Shown here one piece after another: positions 30,001-46,015 of a DNA stretch of 64,000 nucleotides. The DNA lies in NCBI RefSeq assembly GCF_009914755.1, contig NC_060937.1; one strand, 5' to 3'. The notes below the pieces were generated by a model. That model did no database searches. It was not told where the DNA came from and worked only from the letters and a program-made list of their open reading frames with translations. Made by a program: the position numbers and the translations under genes. How positions within the stretch are numbered: the first letter of the stretch is position 1; the number at the start of each line of letters is the position of its first letter. The stretch is from the human T2T-CHM13v2.0 reference genome, Homo sapiens.

Positions 30001-31130
30001 ATACTGTACATAAAATATCAAAGTACCCAAGGTATATATTCTATACTTCACAAAAAATATCAAAGTACCCAAAGCATGTATTATATACTGTATATAAAAT
30101 ATGAAAGTACATCAAATATATATTTTATTCTGTACATAAAATATCAAAGTACACCAGATATATATTCTGTAGTGTACATAAAATAACAAAGTACACAAAC
30201 TATAAATTATATACTGTACATAAAATATGAAATTACATCAAATATATATTAGGTACATAAAATATGAAAGTACATCAAATATAGATTATATACTGTACAT
30301 AAAATATCAATGTACCCCAAATATATATTTTATACTCTACATGAAATATCAAAGTTCACAAACCATATATTATATACTGTACATAAAATATCAAAGTACA
30401 CAAGGTATATATTCTATACTGTACAAAAAATATCAAAGTACCCAAAGCATGTATTATATACTGTACTTAAAATATGAAAGTACATCAAATATATATTTTA
30501 TTCTGTACATATAATATCAAAGTACACCAGATATATATTCTATAGTGTACATAAAATATCAAAGTACCCAAACTATACATTATATACTGTACATAAAATA
30601 TGAAATTACATCAAATATATATTATATTAGGTACATAAAATATGAAAGTACATCAAATATAGATTATATACTGTACATAAAATATCAAAGTACCCCAAAT
30701 ATATATTATATACTGTATATGAAATATCAAAGTTCACAAACTATATATTATATACTGTACATAAAATATCAAAGTACCCAAGGTATATATTCTATACTGT
30801 ACAAAAAATATCAAAGTACCCAAAGCATGTATTATATACTGTACATAAAATATGAAAGTACATCAAATATATATTTTATTCTGTACATAAAATATCAAAG
30901 TACACCAGATATATATTCTATAGTGTACATAAAATATCAAAGTAACCAAACTATACATTATATACTGTACATAAAATATGAAATTACATCAAATATATTT
31001 TATATTAGGTACATAAAATATGAAAGTACATCAAATATATATTTTATTCTGTACATAAAATATCAAAGTACACCAGATATATATTCTATAGTGTACATAA
31101 AATATCAAAGTACCCAAACTATACATTATA
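24016..31130 (+). repeat. Duplicated copy of the 2,426-bp x ~2.9 array (inside 17.7-kb copy 2)
   Basis: ORFs at 24624/27050/29476 and 24095/26521/28947 are spaced 2,426 bp apart, offset 17,730 from the first array. Confidence 0.9.
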
Positions 31131-31759
31131 TACTGTACTTAAAATATGAAATTACATCAAATATATATTAGGTACATAAAATATGAAAGTACATCAAATA
31201 TAGATTATATACTGTACATATAATATCAATGTACCCCAAATATATATTTTATACTCTACATGAAATATCAAAGTTCACAACCATACATTATATACTGTAC
31301 ATAAAATATCAAAGTACCCAAGGTATATATTCTATACTGTACAAAAAATATCAAAGTACCCAAAGCATGTATTATATACTGTACATAAAATATGAAAGTA
31401 CATCAAATATATATTTTATTCTGTACATATAATATCAAAGTACACCAGATATGTATTCTATAGTGTACATAAAATATCAAAGTACCCAAACTATACATTA
31501 TATACTGTACATAAAATACGAAACTACATCAAATATATATTAGGTACATAAAATATGAAAGAAGATCAAATATAGATTATATACTGTACATAAAATATCA
31601 AAGTACCCCAAATATATATTATACACTGTATATGAAATATCAAAGTTCACAAACTATATATTATATACTGTACATAAAATATCAAAGTACCCAAGGTATA
31701 TATTCTATACTGTACAAAAAATATCAAAGTACCCAAAGCATGTATTATATACTGTACAT

Positions 31760-34700
31760 AAAATATGAAAGTACATCAAATATATATTTTATTCTGTACA
31801 TAAAATATCAAAGTACACCAGATATATATTCTATAGTGTACATAAAATATCAAAGTAACCAAACTATACATTATATACTGTACATAAAATATGAAATTAC
31901 ATCAAATATATTTTATATTAGGTACATAAAATATGAAAGTACATCAAATATATATTTTATTCTGTACATAAAATATCAAAGTACACCAGATATATATTCT
32001 ATAGTGTGCATAAAATATCAAAGAACCCAAACTATACATTATATACTGTAAATAAAATATGAAATTACATCAAATATATTTTATATTAGGTACATAAAAT
32101 ATGAAAGTACATCAAATATAGATTATATACTGTACATTAAATACCAAAGTACCCCAAATATATATTTTATACTGTACATGAAATATCAAATTTCACAAAC
32201 TATATGTTATATACTGTACATAAAATATCAAAGTACCCGAGGTATATATTCTATACTGTACAAAAAATAACAAAGTACCAAAAGCATGTATAATATACTG
32301 TACATAAAATATGAAAGTACATCAAATAAATATTTTATTCTGTACATAAAATGTCAAAGTACACCAGATATATATTCTATAGTGTACATAAAATATCAAA
32401 GTACCCAAACTATACATTATATAGTGTAAATAAAATATGAAATTACATCAAATATGTTTTATATTAGGTACATAAAATATGAAAGTACATCAAATATAGA
32501 GTATATACTGTACATTAAATACCAAAGTACCCCAAATATATATTTTATACTGTACATGAAATTTCAAATTTCACAAACTATATATTATATACTGTACATA
32601 TAATATCAAAGTACCCAAGGTATATATTCTATACTGTACAAAAAATAACAAAGTACCAAAAGCATGTATTATATACTGTACCTAAAATATGAAAGTACAT
32701 CAAATATATATTTTATTCTGTACATAAAATATCAAAGTACACCAGATATATATTCTATAGTGTACATAAAATATCAAAGTACACAAACTATACATTATAT
32801 ACTGTAAATAAAATATGAAATTACATCAAATATATTTTATATTAGGTACATAAAATATGAAAGTACATCAAATATATATTTTATTCTGTACATAAAATAT
32901 CAAAGTACACCCGATATATATTCTATAGTGTACATAAAATATCAAAATACCCAAACTATACATTATATACTGTACATAAAATATGAAATTACATCAAATA
33001 TATTTTATATTAGGTACATAAAATATGAAAGTACATCAAATATAGATTATATACTGTACATTAAATACCAAAGTACCCCAAATATATATTTTATACTGCA
33101 CATGAAATATCAAAATACACAAACTATATATTATATACTGTACATAAAATATCAAAGTACCCAAGGTATATATTCTATACTGTGCAAAAAATAACAAAGT
33201 ACCAAAAGCATGTATAATATACTGTACATAAAATATGAAAGTACATCAAATATATATTTTATTCTGTACATAAAATATCAAAGTACACCAGATATATATT
33301 CTATAGTGTACATAAAATATCAAAGTACCCAAACTATACATTATATACTGTAAATAAAATATGAAATTACATCAAATATATTTTATATTAGGTACATAAA
33401 ATATGAAAGTACATCAAATATAGATTATATACTGTACATTAAATACCAAAGTACCCCAAATATATATTTTATACTGTACATGAAATATCAAATTTCCCAA
33501 ACTATATATTATATACTGTACATATAATATCAAAGTACCCAAGGTATATATTCTATACTGTACAAAAAATAACAAAGTACCAAAAGCATGTATTATATAC
33601 TGTACCTAAAATATGAAAGTACATCAAATATATATTTTATTCTGTACATAAAATATCAAAGTACACCAGATATATATTCTATAGTGTACATAAAATATCA
33701 AAGTACCCAAACTATACATTATATACTGTAAATAAAATATGAAATTACATCAAATATATTTTATATTAGGTACATAAAATATGAAAGTACATCAAATATA
33801 TATTTTATTCTGTACATAAAATATCAAAGTACACCAGATATATATTCTATAGTGTACATAAAATATCAAAGTACCCAAACTATACATTATATACTGTACA
33901 TAAAATATGAAATTACATCAAATATATTTTATATTAGGTACATAAAATTTGAAAGTACATCAAATATAGATTATATACTGTACATTAAATACCAAAGTAC
34001 CCCAAATATATATTTTATACTGTACATGAAATATCAAATTACACAAACTATATATTATATACTGTACATAAAATATCAAAGTACCCAAGGTATATATTCT
34101 ATACTGTACAAAAAATAACAAAGTACCAAAAGCATGTATAATATAATGTACATAAAATATGAAAGTACATCAAATATATATTTTATTCTGTACATAAAAT
34201 ATCAAAGTACACCAGATATATATTCTATAGTGTACATAAAATATCAAAGTACCCAAACTATACATTATATACTGTAAATAAAATATGAAATTACATCAAA
34301 TATATTTTATATTAGGTACATAAAATATGAAAGTACATCAAATATAGATTATATACTGTACATTAAATACCAAACTACCCCAAATATATATTTTATACTG
34401 TACATGAAATATCAAATTTCCCAAACTATATATTATATACTTTACATATAATATCTAAGTACCCAAGGTATATATTCTATACTGTACAAAAAATAACAAA
34501 GTACCAAAAGCATGTATTATATAGTGTACCTAAAATATGAAAGTACATCAAATATATATTTTATTCTGTACATAAAATATCAAAGTACACCAGATATATA
34601 TTCTATAGTGTACATAAAATATCAAAGTACCCAAACTATACATTATATACTGTAAATAAAATATGAAATTACATCAAATATATTTTATATTAGGTACATA

Positions 34701-34860
34701 AAATATGAAAGTACATCAAATATATATTTTATTCTGTACATAAAATATTAAAGTACACCAGATATATATTCTATAGTGTACATAAAATATCAAAGTACCC
34801 AAACTATACATTATATACTGTAAATAAAATATGAAATTACATCAAATATATTTTATATTA
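31760..34860 (+). repeat. Duplicated copy of the 924-bp unit array (inside 17.7-kb copy 2)
   Basis: ORFs at 32928 and 33852 differ by 924 and are offset 17,730 from 15198 and 16122. Confidence 0.85.
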
Positions 34861-37800
34861 GGTACATAAAATATGGAAGTACATCAAATATAGATTATAT
34901 ACTGTACATTAAATACGAAAGTACCCCAAATATATATTTTACACTGTACATGAAATATCAAAGTTCACAAACTATATATTATATACTGTACATAAATTAT
35001 CAAAGTACGCAAGGTATATATTCTATACTGTACAAAAAATATCAAAGTACCCAAAGCATGTATTATATACTGTACATAAAATATGAAAGTACATCAAATA
35101 TATATTTTATTCTGTACATAAAACATCAAAGTACACCAGATATATATTCTATAGTGTACATAAAATATCAAAGTACCCAAACTATACATTATATAGTGTA
35201 CATAAAATATGAAATTATATCAAATATATATTATATTAGGTACATAATATATGAAAGTACATCAAATATAGATTATATACTGTACATAAAATATCAAAGT
35301 ACCCCAAATATATATTATATACTCTACATGAAATATCAAAGTTCACAAACTATATATTATATACTGTACAAAAATATCAAAGTACCCAAGGTATATATTC
35401 TATACTGTACAAAAAATATCAAATTACACAAAGCATATATTATATACTGTACATAAAATATGAAAGTACATCAAATATATATTTTATTCTGTACGTAAAA
35501 CATCAAAGTACACCAGATATATATTCTATAGTGTACATAAAATATAAAAGTACCCAAACTATACATTATATACTGTACATAAAATATGAAATTATATCAA
35601 ATATATATTATATTAGGTACATAAAATATGAAAGTACATCAAATATAGATTATATACTGTACATTAAATACCAAAGTACCCCAAATATATATTTTATACT
35701 GTACATGAAATATCAAAATACACAAACTATATATTATATACTGTACATAAAATATCAAAGTACCCAAGTTATATATTCGATACTGTACAAAAAATAACAA
35801 AGTAGCAAAAGCATGTATAATATACTGTACATAAAATATGAAAGTACATCAAATATATATTTTATTCTGTACATAAAATATCAAAGTACACCAGATATAT
35901 ATTCTATAGTGTACATAAAATATCAAAGTACCCAAACTATACATTACATACTGTACATAAAATATGAAATTACATCAAATATATTTTATATTAGGTACAT
36001 AAAATATGAAAGTACATCAAATATAGATTATATACTGTACATTAAATACCAAAGTACCCCAAATATATATTTTATACTGTACATGAAATATCAAAATACA
36101 CTATATATTATATACTGTACATAAAATATCAAAGTACCCAAGGTATATATTCTATACTGTACAAAAAATAACAAAGTACCAAAAGCATGTATAATATACT
36201 GTACATAAAATATGAAAGTACATCAAATATATATTTTATTCTGTACATAAAATATCAAAGTACACCAGATATATATTCTATAGTGTACATAAAATATCAA
36301 AGTACCCAAACTATACATTATATACTGTAAATAAAATATGAAATTACATCAAATATATTTTATATTAGGTACATAAAATATGAAAGTACATCAAATATAG
36401 ATTATATACTGTACAATAAATACCAAATTACTCCAAATATATATTTTATACTGTACATGAAATATCAAATTTCACAAACTATATATTATATACTGTACAT
36501 ATAATATCAAAGTACCCAAGGTATATATTCTATACTGTACAAAAAATAACAAAGTACCAAAAGCATGTATTATATACTGTACCTAAAATATGAAAGTACA
36601 TCAAATATATATTTTATTCTGTACATAAAATATCAAAGTACACCAGATATATATTCTATAGTGTACATAAAATATCAAATTACCCAAACTATACATTATA
36701 TACTGTACATAAAATATGAAATTACATCAAATATATTTTATATTAGGTACATAAAATATGAAAGTACATCAAATATGGATTATATACTGTACATTAAATA
36801 CCAAAGTACCCCAAATATATATTTTATACTGTACATGAAATATCAAAGTTCACAAACTATATATTATATACTGTACATAAAATATCAAAGTACCCAAGGT
36901 ATATATTCTATACTGTACAAAAAATAACAAAGTACCAAAAGCATGTATTATATACTGTACCTAAAATATGAGGAGTACATCAAATACATATTTTATTCTG
37001 TACATAAAATAACAAAGTACACCAGATATATATTCTATAGTGTACATAAAATATCAAAGTACCCAAACTATACATTATATACTGTACATAAAATATGAAA
37101 TTACATCAAATATATATTATATTAGGTACATAAAATATGAAAGTACATGAAATATAGATTATATACTGTACATAAAATATCAAGGTACCCCAAATATATA
37201 TTATATACTCTACATGAAATATCAAAGTTCTCAAACTATATATTATATACTGTACATAAAATATCAAAGTACCCAAGGTATATATTCTATACTGTACAAA
37301 AAATAACAAAGTACCAAAACATGTATAATATACTGTACATAAAATATGAAAGTACATCAAATATATATTTTATTCTGTACATAACATATCAAAGTACACC
37401 AGATATATATTCTATAGTGTACATAAAATATCAAAGTACCCAAACTATACATTATATACTGTAAATAAAATATGAAATTACATCAAATATATTTTATATT
37501 AGGTACATAAAATATGAAAGTACATCAAATATATATTTTATTCTGTGCATAAAATATCAAAGTACACCAGATATATATTCTATAGTGTACATAAAATATC
37601 AAAGTACCCAAACTATACATTATATACTGTACATAAAATATGAAATTACATCAAATATATTTTATATTAGGTACATAAAATATGAAAGTACATCAAATAT
37701 AGATTATATACTGTACATTAAATACCAAAGTACCCCCAATATATATTTTATACTGTACATGAAATATCAAGGTTCACAAACTATATATTATATACTGTAC

Positions 37801-39019
37801 ATATAATATCAAAGTACCCAAGGTATATATTCTATACTGTACAAAAAATAACAAAGTACCAAAAGCATGTATTATATACTGTACCTAAAATATGAAAGTA
37901 CATCAAATATATATTTTATTCTGTACATAAAATATGAAACTACACCAGATATATATTCTATAGTGTACATAAAATATCAAAGTACCCAAACTATACATTA
38001 TATACTGTACATAAAATATGAAATTACCTCAAATATATATTATATTAGGTACATAAAATGTGAAAGTACATGAAATATAGATTATATACTGTACATAAAA
38101 TATCAAGGTACCCCAAATATATATTATATACTCTACATGAAATATCAAAGTTCACAAACTATATATTATATACTGTACATAAAATATCAAAGTACCCAAG
38201 GTATATATTCTATACTGTACAAAAAATAACAAAGTACCAAAAGCATGTATAATATACTGTACCTAAAATATGAAAGTACATCAAATATATATTTTATTCT
38301 GTACATAAAATATCAAAGTACACCAGATATATATTCTATAGTGTACATAAAATATCAAAGTACCCAAACTATACATTATATACTGTAAATAAAATATGAA
38401 ATTACATCAAATATATTTTATATTAGGTACATAAAATATGAAAGTACATCAAATATATATTTTATTCTGTACATAAAATATCAAAGTACACCAGATATAT
38501 ATTCTATAGTGTACATAAAATATCAAAGTACACAAACTATACATTACATACTGTACATAAAATATGAAATTACATCAAATATATATTATATTAGGTACAT
38601 AAAATATGAAAGTACATGAAATATAGATTATATACTGTACATAAAATATCAAGGTACCCAAATATATATTATATACTCTACATGAAATATCAAAGTTCAC
38701 AAACTATATATTATATACTGTACATATAATATCAAAGTACCCAAGGTATATATTCTATACTGTACAAAAAATAACAAAGTACCAAAAGCATGTATAATAT
38801 ACTGTACCTAAAATATGAAAGTACATCAAATATATATTTTATTCTGTACATAAAATATCAAAGTACACCAGATATATATTCTATAGTGTACATAAAATAT
38901 CAAAGTACCCAAACTATGCATTATATACTGTACATAAAATATGAAATTACATCAAATATATATTATATTAGGTACATAAAATATGAAAGTACATCAAATA
39001 TAGATTATATACTGTACAT

Positions 39020-42000
39020 AAAATATAAAAGAACCCCAAATATATATTATATACTGTACATGAAATATCAAAATACACAAACTATATATTATATACTGTA
39101 CATAAAATATCAAAGTACCCAAGGTATATATTCTATACTGTACAAAAAATATCAAAGTACCCAAGCATGTATTATATACTGTACATAAAATATGAAAGTA
39201 CATCAAATATATATTTGATTCTGTACATAAAATAACAAAGTACACCCAATATATATTTTATAGTATACATAAAATATCAAAGTACCCAAACTATACATTA
39301 CATACTGTACATAAAATATGAAATTACATCAAATATATATTATATTAGGAACATAAAATATGAAAGTACATCAAATATAGATTATTAACTATACATAAAA
39401 TATCAAACAACCCCAAATATATATTATATACTGTACATGAGATATCAAACTTCACAATCTATATATTATATACTGTACATAAAATATCAAAGCACCCAAG
39501 GTATATATTCTATACTGTACAGAAAATATCAAAGTACCCAAAGCATGTATTATATACTGTACATAAAAGATGAAAGTACATCAAATATATATTTTATTCT
39601 GTACATAAAATATCAAAGTACACCAGATATATATTTTATAGTGTACATAAAATATCAAAGTACCCAAACTATACATTATATACTGTACATAAAATATGAA
39701 ATTACATCAACTATATATTATATTAGGTACATAAAATATGAAAGTACATCAAATATAGATCATATACTGTACATAAAATATAAAAGTACCCCAAATATAT
39801 ATTATATACTGTACAAGAAATATCAAAATACACAAACTATATATTATATACTGTAGAAAAAATATCAAAGTACCCAAAGCAAGTATTATTTACTGTACAT
39901 AAAAATGAATATACATCAAATATATATTTTATTCTGTACATAAAATATCAAAGTACACCAGATATATAATTTATAGTGTACATAAAACATCAAGGTACAC
40001 AAACTATACATTATATACTGTAAATAAAATATGAAATTACATCAAATATGTATTATATTGGGTACATAAAATAGGAAAGTACATCAAATATAGATTATTA
40101 ATTGTACATAAAATATCAAAGAACCCCAAATATATATTATATACTGTACATGAAATATCAAAGTTCACAAACTATATATTATATACTGTACATAAAATAT
40201 CAAGGTACCCAAGGTATATATTCTATACTGTACAAAAAATATCAAAGTACCCAAAGCATGTATTATATACTGTACCTAAAATATGAGAATACATCAAATA
40301 TATATTTTATTTTGTACATAAAATATCAAAGTACACCAAATATATATTTTATAGTGTACATAAAATATCAAAGTACCCAAACTATACATTACATACTGTA
40401 CATAAAATATGAAATTACATCAAATATATATTATATTAGGTATATAAAATATGAAAGTACATAAAATATAGATGATATACTGTACATAAAATATCAAAGT
40501 AGCCAAATATATATTATACAGTGTACATGAAATATCAAAATTTACAAAATATATATTATATAATGTACATAAAATATCAAAGTACCCAAAGCAAGTATTT
40601 TTTACTGTACATAAAAATGAAAGTACATCAAATATATATTTTATTCTGTACATAAAATATCAAAGTACACCAGATATATATTTTATAGTGTACATAATAT
40701 GTCAAGGTACCCAAACTATACATTATATACTGTACATAAAATATGAAATTACATCAAATATATATTATATTAGGTACGTAAAATATGAAAGTACATCAAA
40801 TATAGATTATATACTGTACATAAAATATAAAAGAACCCCAAATATATATTATATTCTGTACATGAAATATCAAAATACACAAACTACATATTATATACTG
40901 TACATAAAATATCAAAGTACCCAAGGTATACATTCTATACTGTACAAAAAATATGAAAGTACCCAAAGCATGTATTATATACTGTACATAAAATATGAAA
41001 GTACATCAAATATATATTTTATTCTGTACATAAAATATCAAAGTACACCAGATATATATTTTACAGTGTACATAAAGTATCAAATTTCCCAAACTATACA
41101 TTATATACTCTACATAAAATATGAAATTACATCAAATATATATTATATTAGTTACCTAAAATATGAAAGTACATCAAATATAGATTATTAACTGTACATA
41201 AAATATCAAAGAACCCCAAATATATATTATATACTGTACATGAAATATCAAAGTTCACAAACTATATATTATATACTGTACATAAAATATCAAAGTACCC
41301 AACGTATATATTCTATACTCTACAAAAAATATCAAAGTACCCAAAGCATGTATTATATACTGTACATAAAATATGAAAGTACATCAAATATATATTTGAT
41401 TCTGTACATAAAATAACAAAGTACACCAGATATATATTTTATAGTGTACATAAAATATCAAAGTACCCAAACTATACATTACATACTGTACATAAAATAT
41501 GAAATTACATCAAATATATATTATATTAGGAACATAAAATATGAAAGTACATCAAATATAGATTATTAACTGTACATAAAATATCAAAGAACCCCAAATA
41601 TATATTATATACTGTACATGAGATATCAAACTTCACAAACTATATATTATATACTGTACATAAAATATCAAAGTACCCAAGGTATATATTCTATACTGTA
41701 CAAAAAATATCAAAGTACCCAAAGCATGTATTATATACTGTACATAAAAGATGAAAGTACATCAAATATATATTTTATTCTGTACATATAATATCAAAGT
41801 ACACCAGATATATATTTTATAGTGTACATAAAATATAAAAGTACCCAAACTATACATTATATACTGTACATAAAATATGAAATTACATCAAATATATATT
41901 ATATTAGGTACATAAAATATGAAAGTACATCAAATATAGATTATATACTGTACACAAAATATAAAAGTACCCCAAATATATATTATATACTGTACAAGAA

Positions 42001-45000
42001 ATATCAAAATACACAAACTATATATTATATACTGTAGAAAAATTATCAAAGTACCCAAAGCAAGTATTATTTACTGTACATAAAAATGAAAGTACATCAA
42101 TTATATATTTTATTCTGTACATAAAATATCAAAGTACACCAGATATATAATTTATAGTGTACATAAAACATCAAGGTACACAAACTATACATTATATACT
42201 GTACATAAAATATGAAATAATGTCAAATATGTATTATATTGGGTACATAAAATAGGAAAGTACATCAAATATAGATTATTAATTGTACATAAAATATCAA
42301 AGAACCCCAAATATATATTATATACTGTACATGAAATATCAAAGTTCACAAACTATATATTATATACAGTACATAAAATATCAAGGTACCCAAGGTATAT
42401 ATTCTATACTGTACAAAAAATATCAAAGTACCCAAAGCATGTATTATATACTGTACGTAAAATATGAGAATACATCAAATATATATTTTATTCTGTACAT
42501 AAAATATCAAAGTACACCAGATATATATTTTATAGTGTACATAAAATATCAAAGTACCCAAACTATACATTACATACTGTACATAAAATATGAAATTACA
42601 TCAAATATATATTATATTAGGTATATAAAATATGAAAGTACATAAAATATAGATGATATACTGTACATAAAATACCAAAGTAGCCCAAATATATATTATA
42701 CAGTGTACATGAAATATCAAAATTTACAAAATATATATTATATAATGTACATAAAATATCAAAGTACCCAAAGCAAGTATTTTTTACTGTACATAAAAAT
42801 GAAAGTACATCAAATATATATTTTATTCTGTACATAAAATATCAAAGTACACCAGATATATATTTTATAGTGTACATAATATATCAAGGTACCCAAACTA
42901 TACATTATATACTGTATATAAAATATGAAATTACATCAAATATATATTATATTAGGTACGTAAAAGATGAAAGTACATCAAATATAGATTATATACTGTA
43001 CATAAAATATAAAAGAACCCCAAATATATATTATATACTGTACATGAAATATCAAAATACACAAACTATATATTATATACTGTACATAAAATATCAAAGT
43101 ACCCAAGGTATGTATTCTATACTGTACAAAAAATATCAAAGTACCCAAGCATGTATTATATACTGTACATAAAATATGAAAGTACATCAAATATATATTT
43201 GATTCTGTACATAAAATAACAAAGTACACCCAATATATATTTTATAGTGTACATAAAATATCAAAGTACCCAAACTATACATTACATACTGTACATAAAA
43301 TATGAAATTACATCAAATATATATTATATTAGGAACATAAAATATGAAAGTACATCAAATATAGATTATTAACTATATATAAAATATCAAAGAACCCCAA
43401 ATATATATTATATACTGTACATGAGATATCAAACTTCACAATCTATATATTATATACTGTACATAAAATATCAAAGCACCCAAGGTATATATTCTATACT
43501 GTACAAAAAATATCAAAGTACCCAAAGCATGTATTATATACTGTACATAAAAGATGAAAGTACATCAAATATATATTTTATTCTGTACATAAAATATCAA
43601 AGTACACCAGATATATATTTTATAGTGTACATAAAATATCAAAGTACCCAAACTATACAGTATATACTGTACATAAAATATGAAATTACATCAAATATAT
43701 ATTATATTAGGTACATAAAATATGAAAGTACATCAAATATAGATTATATACTGTTCACAAAATATAAAAGTACCCCAAATATATATTATATACTGTACAA
43801 GAAATATCAAAATACACAAACTATATATTATATACTGTAGAAAAAATATCAAATTACCCAAAGCAAGTATTATTTACTGTACATAAAAATGAATGTACAT
43901 CAAATATATATTTTATTCTGTACATAAAATATCAAAGTACTCCAGATATATAATTTATAGTGTACATAAAACATCAAGGTACACAAACTATACATTATAT
44001 ACTGTACATAAAATATGAAATTACATCAAATATGTATTATATTGGGTACATAAAATAGGAAAGTACATCAAATTTAAATTATTAATTGTACATAAAATAC
44101 CAAAGTACCCCAAATATATATTATATACTGTACATGAAATATCAAAGTTCACAAACTATATATTATATACTGTACATAAAATATCAAGGTACCCAAGGTA
44201 TATATTCTATACTGTACAAAAAATATCAAAGTACCCAAAGCATGTATTATATACTGTACATAAAATATGAAAGTACATCAAATATATATTTGATTCTGTA
44301 CATAAAATAACAAAGTACACCAGATATATATATTATAGTGAACATATAATATCAAAGTACCCAAACTATACATTACATACTGTACATAAAATATGAAATT
44401 ACATCAAATATATATTATATTAGGAACATAAAATATGAAAGTACATCAAATATAGATTATTAACTGTACGTAAAATATCAAAGAACCCCAAATATATATT
44501 ATATGCTGTACATGAGATATCAAACTTCACAAACTATATATTATATACTGTAGATAAAATATCAAAGTACCCAAGGTATATATTCTATACTGTAAAAAAA
44601 TATCAAAGTACCCAAAGCATGTATTATAAACTGTATATAAAATATGAAAGTACATCAAATATATATTTTATTCTGTACATAAAATATCAAAGTACACCAG
44701 ATATATATTTTATAGTGTACATAAAATATCAAATTACCCAAACTATACATTACATACTGTAGATAAAATATGAAATTACATCAAATATATATTATATTAG
44801 GAACATAATATATGAAAGTACATCAAATATAGATTATTAACTGTACGTAAAATATCAAAGAACCCCAAATATACATTATATACTGTACATGACATATCAA
44901 ACTTCACAAACTATATATTATATAATGTACATAAAATATCAAAGTACCCAAGGTATATATTCTCTACTGTACAAAAAATATCAAAGTACCCAAAGCATGT

Positions 45001-46015
45001 ATTATATACTGTACATAAAATATGAAAGTACATCAAATATATGTTTTATTCTGTACATAAAATATCAAAGTACACCAGATATATATTTTATAGTGTACAT
45101 AAAATATCAAAATACCCAAAATATACATTATAAACTGTACATATAATATGAAATTACATCTAATATATATTATATTAGTTACCTAAAATATGAAAGTACA
45201 TCAAATATAGATTATTAACTGTACATAAAATATCAAAGAAACCCAAATATATATTATATACTGTACATGAAATATCAAAGTTCACAAACTATATATTATA
45301 TACTGTAGATAAAATATCAAAGTACCCAAGGTATATATTCTATACTGTACAAAAAATATCAAAGTACCCAAAGCATGTATCATATACTGTACATAAAATA
45401 TGAAAGTACATGAAATATATATATTATTCTGTACATAAAATATCAAAGTACACCAGATATATATTTTATAGTGTACATAAAATATCAAATTACCAAAACT
45501 ATACATGATATACTGTACATAAAATATGAAAGTACATCAAATATATATTATATTAGTTACCTAAAATATGAAAGTACATCAAATATAGATTATTAACTGT
45601 ACATAAAATATCAAAGTACCCCAAATATATATTATATACTGTACATGAAATATCAAAGTTCCCAAACTATATATTATATACTGTACATAAAATATCAAAT
45701 TACACAAGGTATATATTCTATACTGTACAAAAAATACCAAAGTACCCAAAGCATGTATTGTATACTGTACATAAAATATGAAAGTACATCAAATATATAT
45801 TTTATTCTGTACATAAAATATCAAAGTACACCGGATATATATTTTATAGTGTACATAAAATATCAAAGTACCCAAACTATACATTATATACTGTACATAA
45901 AATATGAAATTGCATCAAATATATATTATATTAGTTACCTAAAATATGAAAGTACATCAAATATAGATTATATACTGTACAGAAAATATCAAAGTACCCC
46001 AAATATATATTCTAT
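39020..46015 (+). repeat. Divergent HSat1A sub-block with 8-mer HOR variants and a ~1.8/2.18-kb internal period
   Basis: Variants seen only here: AGGAACAT, GATTATTAA, AAAGAACCCC, TTTGATTCTG, GATATATATTTTATAGTG, AGTTACCT, GCAAGTAT, ATAGGAAAGT. ORF spacings are 40102/42283/44086 (2,181 and 1,803) and 39437/43421 (3,984). Confidence 0.88.

Larger units (their letters stand above)
19609..37338 (+). repeat. Copy 2 of the 17,730-bp tandem duplication
   Basis: Colinear with 1879-19608. No indel seen and only about 17 substitutions found by eye. The +17,730 match continues to 37384 and fails at 37385 (ATAACATATC vs ATAAAATATC) and 37404 (AGATAT vs AGACAT). Confidence 0.95.
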
